From NCBI GenBank assembly GCA_001662655.1, contig KV460252.1: a stretch of 64,000 nt of DNA; one strand, 5' to 3'. The position numbers and the translations under genes are program-made. Below, piece after piece: positions 44,638-57,881 of the stretch. The DNA is from Pseudogymnoascus verrucosus. Its lineage: Eukaryota. Position 1 is the first letter of the stretch. Every line of letters starts with the position of its first letter. The notes below the pieces were generated by a model. The model worked only from the letters and a program-made list of their open reading frames with translations. It ran no database searches and was not told the DNA's origin.

Positions 44638-46228
44638 CTAAACCTTTTCTCCACTCCCTACAATAACAGTTTCTTCCTCCAAGCTACTCGAACTCTTATT
44701 TCCCTCTCCCTCACCACCAACTTCCGCAGTCTTATCCCAGACCCCAAACACAGCGATTAATGTAAACGGCACAGTCACTGCCCACAGAACAAAAGCCAAT
44801 ATCATCGAGTTCAGATTAGACCAATGTGTAGCCCCCACCACATAAGCAAAGGTACTCCCAACAGACTCCCAAGACCTCAATATCCCAGTCGTTCTTGAAA
44901 TATCGCCGGCCTTCTGCTCCGCACCAGTCTCGCCCATCAGCCAATAAAGATAAGTTTGGAGCATCTCATAGAAGAATTTGAAGAGTAAATATACGACGAA
45001 GGCGGAGTTGAAAATCTTTCCAGAGCCGATGTCCAGAGTCGGTGCTTCGGATTTGGATGAGAATTCCGCTTGAACAGCAGCTATCCAGGCCCAGGATGCC
45101 GTGATGAAAAATGCAATGACGACGTATACCCACTTTGGCTTCGCAAGGTTCAGGTCGAGAATGATACCAGTGAGGATGTTTCCAGCGAACCCGACGATGG
45201 CTGTTAGAAGGGATGCCAATGCTCGAGCTCGAACAGTGAAGTATCCTAACCCAACGAGTAAGACATCTACCGATTGGAGAGAAGGGAAAGAAACAAAGAC
45301 TAACCTGTAAGATAATTACCCTGGTATGTCACACCCCATTGGCCGGCAATAAATACGGGGATCAATAACAAAATCCTCCGACTCTTCATCTGTTTCCAAA
45401 GAGCTCTTGCCTCGATACTAATGCTTGTTTGTTTCATATACGGTATCTTCGTGCCGTCGCTCCTCACAACTTTATCCGGTTGGGAAAGCAGCAGAGCAAA
45501 TGGAGCACCAAGAGACGAAATGGCAATCAGACCCAAATAAGTGTTGTAAGATACCTTACCAGCATGTGTCGTCTTCACGTTGAGCGCAAGGGAGATTGCT
45601 CCTCCAACTAGTGGTCCTAGTTGTCGAATGCACATCCACTAGAGCAAACTGTCAGCATATTTTCGCTGGGGTTTGGGAGAACGAGGAGGAAGAGGGGGTT
45701 TGAAATACACAAGAATAATAAAGGGGGCTTCATACAATGCCTACATATCGTCCTCTCTTCGACTCTTCAGGATAGCCAACTGCAATCGCCGCCTCGCTAG
45801 CCCAAAGTAACGAAGCACCAATCCCACAAAGCACTGCTCCCAAAAGCATAAACCACTCATTTCCATAGCGGTTATTGCAGTAGAGGCCAGCGGCGTAGGG
45901 TGTATAAAATGCAGCTCCGATGACTAGAGTCCATTTTGCAGAAATCTTGTTTGATATTCCTCCTGCGATTGTGCAGCCGAAACTCATTATTCCGTATGTT
46001 AATGCATTAGCTGCGTTGTTGAGCCATGGCTGTATAATTAACGGGTCGTTAGTAAGTGGGGATGGGATTAAAGTAGAGGATTGGATTTAACATACTGTAG
46101 CTTGGCCACCAGCGCCGAGATTATTTAGTGCTGTCCATATTCCAGGCTCACAGAAGGCAACAAGACCAACGATGATAATCTGGAAGAGACAGGAGCGGTA
46201 GAACTGGGGGATGGCGATGGAAACCATC
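44638..46228 (-). CDS. UNC-93-like MFS transporter (multi-exon)
   Basis: MVSIAIPQFYRSCLFQIIIVGLVAFCEPGIWTALNNLGAGG; GIGASLLWASEAAIAVGYPEESKRGRY; QPDKVVRSDGTKI; YFTVRARAL; GILRSWES. Confidence 0.9.
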
Positions 46229-48487
46229 TTCACGTATGGGTAGATCACGTAGGTTGGGTTAAAAACGTTAAATGGAAGAAATTGTTAGGAAAACATAATT
46301 ATAAACGATAACATTATTTTAATATCTCATATACTGAAAATATATATAAAAATATAGTGAGCACGACATGCCCCATAGCAAAGACGACACCTAAAATCGG
46401 CCGAGCATTCAATTGCCGATATTATGGAGACAAGACATTTAAAAATACCCTGAGTTACAATTCGCTGTAACCTCTAGGTTGGAAGTAATGCTTGTCTTGT
46501 GCATATAATGCAGGTATAGGCCTGGCCCCTTTGATGGGTATTTGGGGTCTCTAGAGGTGGCTTCTCGCCGAAGTCAGTTTGGAGGGGTTGGTGGGGCATG
46601 TTTGCTCCTTCGGCATTCTGCCTTAACGGAGGAGAGCACGCCATCCCATTCCCCTAATTGCCGTTCTAACTAATGCCAGATTGCATATTCTAATAATTTA
46701 CTGTTAATCTCTGCTAACCTGAATAGCTTCATGAGGTCGGCGCATTTTGAGCAGCTTGCTGCTATTATGAATCTGAATTGCTTGAGTGACTCCCTGTTAT
46801 CCTCGGCCTAGTTTCACAGTTGTCGCGGGAAGGAAGCATATAACAGCTCAGGTCCAAAGCTGGAGGTGTAAATTGACCATGTTGAGGTGCTGGTATCGAA
46901 TTGTCTGTAATAAATTCAAATTATGTTAAATAAGATGATTAGCATGAGTTGTAGTAATAAAGCAGGAGAATATATATATATATATATTTATACTTTTTTT
47001 CTCACAAAATACCAAAATACCCAAAAATATATCCCCAACCAAGTCATTCTACAATAAAACCTATTAATTAGCCACACTATAAATCACAATATCAAATCCC
47101 ATTCATCATCCCCCCCCCAATCTAATACTCGAAATTTGACCCCCAGCACACTGGCAAAACCCAACACCAACATCACCACCACCTCCCCTCCCGCCGCCCC
47201 CGCCGCCCCCACAACCACAAACCCGGGCCCAAGCCACACCACACCACACCACACCACGGCCCGGCAGTGCACCCACCAGCCATACCACGTGTTCGCGCGT
47301 GTGTGTGCCGGACGGAACACGAGTAAGGTAAGGTAAGGTAAGGTAAGGTAAGCTATTGTGGATGTGCGCCTCCAACGGAAAGGGCGTGAATGGGGGTGCC
47401 GTTGCGGTGCGGGGTGTGGGATAGATGCGGGGGAGTCGGAAGTCTGGTTGTCGGTGTGTTCGTTACCTGGTTCTGCGGGGGGATATGGGGGATATGGATA
47501 TGGATTGTGGTGAGCTGGACCGAGTAGGTGTAAGATCGGGTATTCGAACTGGCGGCGGTTAGAAGTCCGTACAGAGTCATGAGCAGCGGGCGGTGAGTGC
47601 GCACGTGGGGTGGGTGGGTGTCACGTGCGTTGTCACATGCTAGGCTGGTTCCCCTGAAAATTAAAATCCGGTTTATCTCCAGGACACGTGATGAATAAAT
47701 GTATGGTGTGTGCGTGAGATTGGGTAGGGTAGAGTAGACGGGTCGGGCGGTTCTTGGCAAAGATGATGACGATGCTGTTCGGGATGGGGATGTGATACAG
47801 AGATGGGAGTTGCTGGTTGTGAGAGGGAAACTTAGGGGGAGGTGGTGGGACGGCTGGTTGTGGCGGAACGGGCGTGTTTGTGTGTGAGGAGGTCGACGTA
47901 TGCGTTTGGGGAGGTTGACGTATGCGTTTGGGAGGAGGATGTATGTGTTTGATCGGGACTGCTGGTCTAAGGGGGTTTGTATGTGTCTAGGTGTCTTTGT
48001 GTGAGATTGTGTGTTGTTTGTATTGCTAGATCCGGGTGAGTTGTCTGTGTGTGTGAAGCTGTACTATGTATGAGGACGGTGGCCCTGTGTGTGTGCACGG
48101 CGGCTATTAAGCCAACTGTGGTAGGTGGATGGTAGGTGTATGGTATATATGATTATCTGTAGATCAATTGATCATATGAGCCTATGGAGCAGGTAGAACC
48201 CACGGCCACGACGACCACAATCTCTCTAGCATCAATTCCCTCTAGTAGAACCACAACCAGAACCACAATCTCTCCCTACTTACATACCATCAATTTCACA
48301 TGCAGCAAACACGCCCGCGCCATGAAACAACTCTACCCGACGGTAGACGGAAGGGAAGTTGTACTTTTGGCGTATGGCGGTCGACGGAGTAAGTCGTACT
48401 ATTACCCTATGGCGGTAGAGGGGAGTAAGTCGTACTATTACCCCATGTTGTTGCACATATACTATTACCAGATGCCGTCGTGCAGAT

Positions 48488-48770
48488 AGCAGGAACGATG
48501 GGAATAGTGTCACAGTCGACAGCAAGCAGGTACGATGGGGATAATGTGTCGCCGTCGCTTTAACTTTAACAGCCGGCAGGTACGATGGGGATATAGTGTC
48601 GCCGTCGTACAGACAGCAGCAGCAGCAGCAGGTACGATGGGGATAGTGTCACCATCACCCTAAACAGCTAGTAGCAGGCAGGTACTATGGAGATAGATAG
48701 ATAGTGCCACCGTCATCACCTCAAACCAGCTAGCTAGTAGGTATGACGGTGTCACTATCCCCATCACCCT
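48488..48770 (+). repeat. Array of about five diverged ~30-bp direct repeats plus one inverted partial copy
   Basis: Core GCAGGTACGATGGGGATA-GTGTC at about 48489, 48526, 48576, 48628 and 48678; inverted GACGGTGTCACTATCCCCATC at about 48745-48765. Confidence 0.8.
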
Positions 48771-50363
48771 AAACCAGCCAGCAAACCAGGAAACCACCAA
48801 ACCAACAAAACAACCCGCACAAGCCAGCACAATCCCGCACAAACCAACACCAACACAACACACTGACGCGTGGTTGTACACCCGTCTTACCGCGAACCTC
48901 CCCTTCCCCTTTCCTCCTCCCGGCACTTGGCAGGAGAAGGTACTTCATCATTACATACAATTCCCCCTCTAGGACCATGTACCCTCGCACTCGCTCTCTC
49001 CTCCGCCCTTACTCGCGTACTCGGCACCTGTGATCGTATAACAAGGCATACGTAGTTCCATACGCGGCTCACTAACCGCAATCTCCACTAGTGACTTTTA
49101 GTTAGAGTGTCTTTAGTGAAAGTGTACAAGGTTGGTACCACTCTTTTACCCAACTAATCACTACTAACTACCGTGTAATTAGCACGCACTACCACCCGTC
49201 CGCCACACAATTCAGGGCAACAGTGACTTGTACTCCACATGTACATTCCCCCTGCTCTTTTGACTATCCATTGTACCCCACTGACCTCCACTAACATCCA
49301 CTGACATCCACTGGCCTCCACTGACCTCACCCCCCCAACCTCCCTAACTGCCCTATGAGCTCTACTAGAGTCTGTCTACTTTACCTTCTCCTCCCCTCTC
49401 TACCCCATCCACTTGCAGGTAAATTGTGAAATAACCAGTCTTAACCCAGTATAATCACTCCTAACCCCAGTCCTAGTCACTCCTAACCACTCTCTAACCC
49501 GGTCCTAGTCACTCCTAACCACTCTCTAACCCAGTCATATCCTCTCCCAACCACTCTTATGTGGGTTATACAATTAAACACTAGCATGGTTTAACTTCAC
49601 CTAACGTCGTCTAACATCGTCTAACGTAGCCTAGCACGGTCTAGCATATCTTCCTACCATGTTCAACTGTACAGACAGCATACACCATCTCACGCCGTCA
49701 TATCCGTAATATCCCCATTTGACCTCTTCCTCCATCTCTAGTCTCTCCGCCATTCCCTGTCCTAATGTCCTTACAATGACCTCTATATCCCATTCTAAAG
49801 GATCTATGCATCCAGACCTTCAAAGCCGCCATCTCTTTAGCTATAATCCCACTCCTCCCCTCCTCCCCGACCCCTCTCCAAGCACCACACGCGACTCGCC
49901 GCTCCACACTTCGACAGCCGCCGCCGCCGCGCCGCTGCTTTTTATCATCCCTACCGCATTTTCTTGGCTTCCCTTGGCGGCATTTCGCTGGAGCCCTTAT
50001 TTCTTTGCCACTTGGCCGTCTTGATCCTCCTATCCCCTTATGCCTGCTTCCAAGAAAACGATCTAAACACGACTAAGAAGAGCCCACCCCACACTCTTTT
50101 TTTCCTGGATCCGGATCCGGACTCGGTTCCTGGATATAACCAACTGCCACTACGTGCGTACAACCACCACGACCGCGAACCCACGACGACACTTTCAGCC
50201 TCTCCTCCGCACTTTCACCCACATCACATACATACCTCGAAACCTTGAGGATTGCGAAACGACGTCGTCTCTTTCTGCTCTTTCTTTCCTCTCTTTTCGA
50301 CCTTGCTTCAGCGTTCTGTCCGTTGTGTCTGTCTTTTACATGTTGAGCTGGGGATAAGGGATA

Positions 50364-51953
50364 ATGGTTGTGAAGCACGAGAATGTGAAATGGGTTGATG
50401 TAAGTTCACTCACTCCCCCAGCAAACAAACACCTCTCCTGTCCCCAATCCACCATCCTGTCCTCCTAGCCCTCTCACAAGATCTCGTGGTCCAGCCTCAC
50501 CAACAGCTCCCCCCATCACCCAAACCTCAAAAAAGAAGACCCCCCAAGCTAACCCTCCTCCCCCCCAGGGCCTACGCGGTCTCGCCTCCGTCTCCGTGGT
50601 CGTCACCCATCTCGCGCGCACCTTCGACCAGATCCTCTTCTACCCCAACACAGGCGGCAGCCCCGAAAACCAGCCCTACTTCCTCCAATGGCCCATCATC
50701 CGCGTCTTCGTGCAGGGCCGCATCGGGATCGCCATCTTCGCCCTGGTGACCGGCTACGTGTGCGCGCTCAAGCCGATCCGGCAATCCAAGAGCGGCAACA
50801 TCGACGGCGCCCTCACGAGCGTCGCGAAATCAGCATTCCGCAGAATCCCTCGCTTGTTCCTGCCGACGACAATCGCGACGTGTATTATGTGGGTGCTGAG
50901 CCAGCTGGGGGCGTATGATGTCGCGGCGGCGACGGATAGTTACTGGTTGATTACGACGAGCCCGGCGCATCGTCGGCCGTTTAGTGCGGCAGTGCATAGT
51001 CTGTTTCGCGAGATCATGGTGACGTGGACGATGCTGCAGAATAATTATGATCCGAATCAGTGGACGCTGCAGCCGCTGCTCAAGGGGAGTATGATGGTGT
51101 ATATGCTTATTTTTGGGACCATCTATATGCAGCAGAAGTATAGGATGATGATCAGTCTGGCGTTTTACGTATATTTCTTCTTGGCTGGCGAAGGTGCGTT
51201 CCCCCTTCCCCCCCCTCACTGTTCAACCCCCCCCGTTCCCAATCACACCAGCTAACACAACCCCCAGTCACATTCAGCATGCAATTCTTCTTCGGCATGT
51301 TCCTCTCCGACCTCTCCAATCACCAGCCCACCCTCGACTACATCAACGCGCGCATCTGGATCCGCCGCTTCCTTCCCCCCCTCCTAATGTTCATCGGCCT
51401 CTGGATCGCCTCCTACCCCGAAGACCACGCCGACTGGGCCAACTGGTCGCAGCAGCTCAAGGACATGTCGACCTACATCCTCCTCATGAAGCAGGACACC
51501 GCGCGCTTCTACACCGGGCTGGGGATGGACTTCATCTGCGTCGCCATCTTCCTCTCCCCCACCCTCAAGGACGTCCTGAGCAGCAAATACCTGTTGTGGC
51601 TCGGAAAGAACTCCTTCGCCGTCTACCTCATCCACGGCACGCTCATCCGCACCATCCTAACATGGTGCATGTACGGCATGTCCATCCCGGCAAAAGTAGA
51701 GAAGGAAGTTGACGGCAAGATGACTCTCGTCAACGGCCCGGGTCTGAAACACGGCGGGTACGTGTACATGACTGTCTTCATCCCGCTCTTCTTCGTCCTC
51801 CTCTACTTCCTCGCCAATCTGTGGACCATGCATGTTGATCCGCTGTGCGCGAGGTGGACGGCGGCGTTTGAACGCGCCACGCTGAATGAGAGTGAGAAGA
51901 CTACGTCGAGTGGGCCGGCGGGGCACGGGTTGTTGAGTCAGCCGCCTGCTTGA
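50364..51953 (+). CDS. Acyltransferase family 3 (membrane O-acyltransferase), 3 exons
   Basis: Spliced N-terminus MVVKHENVKWV-DGLRGLAS...VTH; IFALVTGYV; AFRRIPRL; QWTL; LLWLGKNSFAVYLIHG. Confidence 0.9.
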
Positions 51954-53267
51954 GGGGTGGTTTTCTCTCTCTTTTCTCGTCTTTGGTATTTTTTTGGGCA
52001 GGGTTGTGGGGGGGTTGTGGTATTGATGGGTTGGCCTGGGGGAGGGGAGAGGCAAGCGTCAAATGAGATGATATGAGATGTCTTTGCATAGCCAAGTGCA
52101 TATGGGATGGGCGTGTTCCCTCCCAACTACAGTTTTTGTTGTTTGTTTATTCATTTCCGTCGTCAACTAGGGAAGGGGATAGGGATATAGTTTTTTTTGT
52201 GGAGAGGAGGGGATGGATGGATGGATAGATGGGATGGAGATATGATCGCGAGATGGGGATAAACCTTTTTTTTTGTGTCCATCATCAACCCAACCCACAG
52301 GCTACGGCCTTTTGTTTTGTTTTATTTTCGTTACCTAACTCTCTGTCTACTACTACTACCTACTACTGTTTTGTACGATTAGGAGGAGGAGGATGGGATC
52401 AATTGTGGTATACATGTTTTTTCATTTCGTTACCTTTTTTTCTTTTTTGAAAACGGACTTTGCTTGTATGTATGGAGAAGAAGGATATATACCTCCATCT
52501 TAGTGGGGATGACCACAACGGGAAATGGGGATTGTGTGTATGATGGGAGAGAGGGATAGAGAGAAAGGGGTGATAGAGTAGTATGTACGGAAATGGAACA
52601 GTACATACCAACCCTTGACCAATTCCCCTGACAGCGCTTAATCTGCCTTGAGAGTGCCTTACGCCACGATGTCCTTGGCGGGATGGTTTGTGCGCCATCA
52701 TTGTTTACGGAACACAACAATCATATCACGTGCTGGAGTCGCGAGCTGAACAATGTTGAGACTAAGACGCGGGGGGTCTTCATACCGACTGTAGAGCTAT
52801 ATTATAGCAACATGGATCTCTAGATAAGAACGGTTGGCGGTCAGTTTCCATAATGCAGACAAGGGATTCTACAGACAGATCATCCTATAGACATAGGATT
52901 CTACTTATACCGCCGCCAAAATATTCTTGAAATCGGCCCATAGCTGCAGCAGTCAAATAGCAGCTCCAATCAAGCCAGTTTAGTTCTCAGTTTAATTCTC
53001 AATCCAGCCCTCACTCCCCCCCCCGCCCCCCCCCTCCACTCGCCAATCCATCCATCTCCCCCCTCCTCCCCCTCCTCCTCCCCCTCACCCTCACCACCAC
53101 AGCATCCCTAACCTACCCCACAACCATCTCATCGACCTCCTCTTCCCCCTCAACGCAAACTACAACCGCAACTTCACCTCCCCCCTCCATCGTCCTCGGG
53201 ATCCAAAACGTGCAGGCGGCGTATGCCTATGAATGGGGCATTCACTGGGGGATCTGGGCCGCCTCCC

Positions 53268-53341
53268 GGTCGCTTAGCTCAGTTGGTTAGAGCGTGGTGC
53301 TAATAACGCCAAGGTCGCGAGTTCGACCCTCGTAGTGACCA
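53268..53341 (+). tRNA. tRNA-Ile (anticodon AAT), intronless
   Basis: Acceptor stem GGTCGCT/AGTGACC plus discriminator A; D arm TAGCTCAGTTGGTTAGAGC; anticodon arm TGGTG-CTAATAA-CGCCA; T loop GTTCGA; T-run Pol III terminator just downstream. Confidence 0.96.
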
Positions 53342-53809
53342 TATTACATTTTTGTAATTTTGCTTGCTTCAGCTTCTTTCTCTTTTTGAACGTCTGTTGT
53401 GGTTGATATGTGGTACATTCCGGGTATGCGAGGCATCGCAACGTCGTGGGAGAGGGGGGGTTAACGAGTTCCAGTACTACTTCAACGATGTGGCGATTGT
53501 GCCGATGAAATATGAGTTCTTGATCGAGTTGCGAGAGCGTTTAGAAAGGTGGATCCGGACTGGCCTATGTATTATACTCCTGGGAACAATAGCGTGGGAG
53601 ATAGTGAGGATGATGGTTCAAGCTCTAACGGAACAGACACGTCTTCTAACAGGACTGGGACTGGGAGCCGGGATTCTAAAGAGGATGCTAGTGTATCTAA
53701 CCGTCCTGGTCTATCTGGGATTGCTTTGGGGTGTTTGGGGAGGTGGTGGCGGTGATGGCTGTGTAGGTTTATTGTAAATAAGGCGGTATAGCATAGTTTA
53801 GATATGCTG

Positions 53810-54150
53810 GAAATGATATATTTCAATATGGATATGAACTATTCTCTTAATATTACCTCAGTAACCCTTTTACAGCCTTCCTAAGTACCTAACTGTAATA
53901 TGGCTATACTAAACTTGTAAATACTTCCATGAAATGATATATTTCTAGTATAAATATGGACATGGATATGGGCTGTTCTCTTAATATTACCCCGCCAACC
54001 CTTCTATAGCCTTCCTAAGTACCTAAATCTATAATGCTACACTAAACTTGTAGATATATATATTCTTGTAAATATATTCACAAAATAATATATTTCTAGA
54101 CCATCCCCCTCAATATTACCCCACCAACACCTTCCACGGCCTTCCCGTAG
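53810..54150. repeat. About three degenerate ~130-bp AT-rich tandem repeats
   Basis: AATATTACC anchors at 53849, 53983 and 54112; TTCTCTTAATATTAC, AGCCTTCCTAAGTACCTAA and CTAAACTTGTA are shared by copies 1 and 2. Confidence 0.8.
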
Positions 54151-54850
54151 CGTTGGGTACTTCTGCATGTGCTTGTTTTCGCCCTGACTCCTTGTACTTC
54201 CCTAGCGTCAAACCAACCACCACCAACCAAACCTCCCAAACTAAAAAAAAAGCGGCCGCCGTTCTGTTTTTGTGCGCCCCACACAAATATTATTCTCACG
54301 CCCGCGCCTCACCTCCTCCCATCTCCTTCCTTTCATCTCTTTACCTCTTTCTTCCCCTCTCTCTCTCTCCACACACGCGCGCCAATTCTCACCCTCGGTG
54401 TCAGAGACAAGCTACTAAAGGGCCTCTTATTCTTCATCTTCTCACCTCTTCCTACTCGACTCGAGATATTATTGGGATTCAGTTCTCAGTGATTTTCAAG
54501 CCACCAAAACTCAGCCAACCAGCAAAACTTCGAAAGAGGCATTGCCTGATCTACCAACAGACGGACTACGGACAAGACAACGGACTCCAGACAAAGCAAG
54601 AGATTACTTTCACAAGTCTTTCTCTGTTCTAGGAAAGTTGGACATAAGGAACCCTTTGTTCAGCCAAACCCAAGCAAGCTCGAACCGTACGACTACGCTC
54701 GAACCTTTCGAAACTCCGCAAAGCCAACAACCCAACACACTACCACTACTACCAACGAACGCACTAAGCTTCACACGCCCACCACAACCCACGAAGAAAA
54801 ACGAACACACCGGCCCACCAACCCGACACACGCCGTGCCTTTAACTAGCC

Positions 54851-56959
54851 ATGGCTTCCACCACCACCACCACCGCGCCCCCCCCGCAGTTCGCCTTCCG
54901 CACCCTCAAGGAAATCGGCCTCACCGACGCCGCGCCCCTCTATGCGGCCGTGCCCGGCTTCACGCGCCCCCAGGGAAACTCGCGCTGCTGCATCTACTCG
55001 CCCTGCGGACGCTACTTCGCCTGGGCCGCCGTCGAGGGCGTGCACGTCGTTGACTCGGCTACTGGCCTCCCCGTCGCGGATCTCCCAGTCCCGAACGTCT
55101 ATGAGCTCGCCTTCTCGCCTCGCGGATCGTACGTTATTACGTGGGAGCGCCCGAGCAAGGACGAGGCGGGCGATGCGGTCAAGAACCTGAAGGTGTGGCG
55201 GACGATTGAGGAGGGGGAGCGAACGGTGCTTGGGCGCTGGGTGCAGAAGAGCCAGACGGGGTGGAATTTGCAATACACCGCTGATGAGAAGTACTGCGCG
55301 CGCGTCGTGACGAATGAGGTGCAGTTCTATGAGAGCCATGAGTTGGCTGTGCCGTGGAACAGGCTGAGGGCCGAGGGTGTGGCGGATTTTGCCTTGTCGC
55401 CTGGGAACAATAATTCGGTGGCTGTCTTTATCCCGCAGCGCAAGGTATGTCTATTTGACTAGGAGGAATTAAGTTGAGGTCACAGCTAACGAAAAACTCA
55501 GGGTCAACCCGCCGCAGTCAAGGTATTCAATGTGCCTCAGTTCGGTACCGCCGTATCCCAGAAGACATTCTTCAAGGGCGACAAGGTCCAGCTGAAGTGG
55601 AACGCCCTAGGCACGACCCTCATCGTGCTCGCCCAAACCGAGACCGACAAGACCGGCAAGAGCTACTACGGCGAGACAACCCTATACGTGCTCAGCGCCA
55701 ACGGCGGCTTCGACTCGCGCATCACTCTCGACAAGGAGGGCCCCATCCACGACGTCACCTGGTCGCCCAACTCGCGCGAATTCGGTGTCGTCTACGGCTA
55801 CATGCCCGCTAAGACGACCATCTTCAACACCCGCGCCGTGGCGACGCACTCCTTCCCCCTCGGACCGCGCAACACGATCCTTTTCTCGCCCACCGGCCGC
55901 TTCGTGCTCGTTGCCGGCTTCGGTAACCTCGCGGGACAAGTCGATGTCTACGATCTGAGCAAGGATTACCGCAAGCTCACGACCATCGAGTCTGGTAACC
56001 CCAGCGTCTGCGAATGGAGTCCCGATGAGCGCTTCCTCCTCACCGCGACGACCTCCCCACGTCTCCGCGTCGACAATGGAATCCGCATCTTCCACGTCTC
56101 CGGCTCCATCGTCTACAACGAAGACATGGTGGAACTCTACCACGTCGCATGGCGCCCGTCTCTCCCAGGCCCCAACACGGTATCCAACCCGCTCGCGCCA
56201 GTCCCCCAACACTCGTCCGCAGCGCAGTACCTCACAACCGTGAAAACCCCCTCCAAGCCCGCTGGCGCCTACCGCCCCCCCGGAGCCCGTGGCACTAGCA
56301 CCCCCCTCCACTTCAAGCGCGAAGACGAGGGCGGCGCCGCACACACCGTCAGCAACGGGACCTCCCTCGTCAGCGCCCCCGTTTTCGGGCACCAAGGTCC
56401 GCGGGCTCGTCGCGCTGTCCCGGGCGCGGAATTAGTCGAGGCGACCCCCGCTGCGAGCGCGGAGGATGAGAATCTCTCCAAGGCCGCGCTGAAGAATAAG
56501 AAGAAGCGCGAGGCGAAGAAGGCGAAGGAGGCCGAGATTAAGGCTGGTGGTGGAGCACCTGCTGTGCCGCCTGGATTTGAGGGCGTTGCGGCTGGGGGCC
56601 AGGGCCAGAGGGCGAATGGTAATGCGAATGGCAATGCCAACGGCGGTCGCGGGGCTGGGCGTAACACCCCTGCTGCTGCGTCTGCTGCGCCTTCTACGCC
56701 TGCCCGTAACCGCGCCCCTGCTCCTGCTGCTGCGGTGCCGGTTCCGGAGCCGGTGGTGGTTGTGGAGGAGGTGTTGAGCCCGGGAGGCGGGTCGGCGCAT
56801 GCGAAGAAGTTGAGGGGGTTGCAGAAGAAGATGAGGGCCATTGAGGAGTTGGAGATGAGACTTGCGGGGGGGGAGAGGCTGGAGGATACGCAGATGAGGA
56901 AGATTGGGACGAAGGCTAGTGTGGTTAAGGAGTTGGAGGGGTTGGAGGTGGGGGTTTAG
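54851..56959 (+). CDS. eIF2A: Eukaryotic translation initiation factor 2A (intron 55445-55501)
   Basis: SPRGSYVITWER, KTFFKGDKVQLKWN, DKTGKSYYGE, LDKEGPIHDVTWSP, AGFGNLAG, TTSPRLRVDNG, AYRPPGARG, KKLRGLQKKMRAIEEL. Confidence 0.96.
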
Positions 56960-57881
56960 GGTAGTTAGTTGGATGTTGGATGTTGGTGGGGGAAGGGGGT
57001 AATATAGAGATGAATGAAGTAGTGCATTTATACCAGTCTTGCAATATCTGCCATCATGTGGGTATGTTTGCTTCTTGTCCTGTTGTAATAAATGTATACC
57101 CCTATCTTGAGTATAACCCCCCCTAATTTCTCGTTTCGCTACTTTAAAGCCGCTCCATCACTACGGAGCCTGGCACATACACTGTTACTGCTGTTTGTGG
57201 TGATATTGGAAAAATATAAGAACCCGTCGATCTCGTAGTACTCACTACCTACCTTGCTATACACGTAGATGGGGAAGATTGGGATGAAGGCAAGTGTAGT
57301 TAGTGTCTGGGTGTTCTATAGATGATAGTTAAATCGGCTTCTTCTATCAAGACTTCGAAAATTGAAACTAAGCCACTCTCCTAAGACGCTAGCCACATAT
57401 CCCTGCACATACCCGCTGTCAACCATTCTCCGAATCTCACCTACAATTGTCACGTTTGTCGTAGTAAAAGACAGGCGCTTCTTCGTCATAGTTATGGTTC
57501 TCTTTGTCTACGCAGGATTTGTACCCTGAGAACCGCATCTAGAGGTCGATTTTGACTTCTAGACTGATGTCGCGGCGGTGGATAAGGGAGTGGACGATTT
57601 TCTTGTAGCCTTTTGGTGGGGAGAATTTTGTGGAAGTCCTATCACCTTCTCTACCCTATGAGAGGCGTTAACGGTGACTAAGGGCTCCAGACAAGGCTGG
57701 GGCTGAGCAGTTGGGGGAGCCTGGTGTAGAGACCCCAACAATAATGTTACATCCTGTCCGTTCTATTCCCTTTAGTATACTGTATCAAGTGTGTGCGTTT
57801 CTTGACGATATTCTCTGCGCGTAGCTCGTTAGGTACGATCTATCATCGCTCCCTGCCTCCAAGTTATTGTGTAAGGCTCTG

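Noticed and set aside
13775..47351. Simple microsatellites: (GGGCGA)n near 13775, (GCCAT)n near 24724, (GTAAG)n near 47322
   Set aside because: Ordinary slippage repeats with no sign of function.
48488..48770. CRISPR array
   Set aside because: Eukaryotic context, no cas genes, diverged repeats and short irregular spacers; kept only as a repeat array.
53364..53826. Short ORFs downstream of the tRNA gene
   Set aside because: Overlapping frames, mostly non-ATG starts and no recognisable domain.
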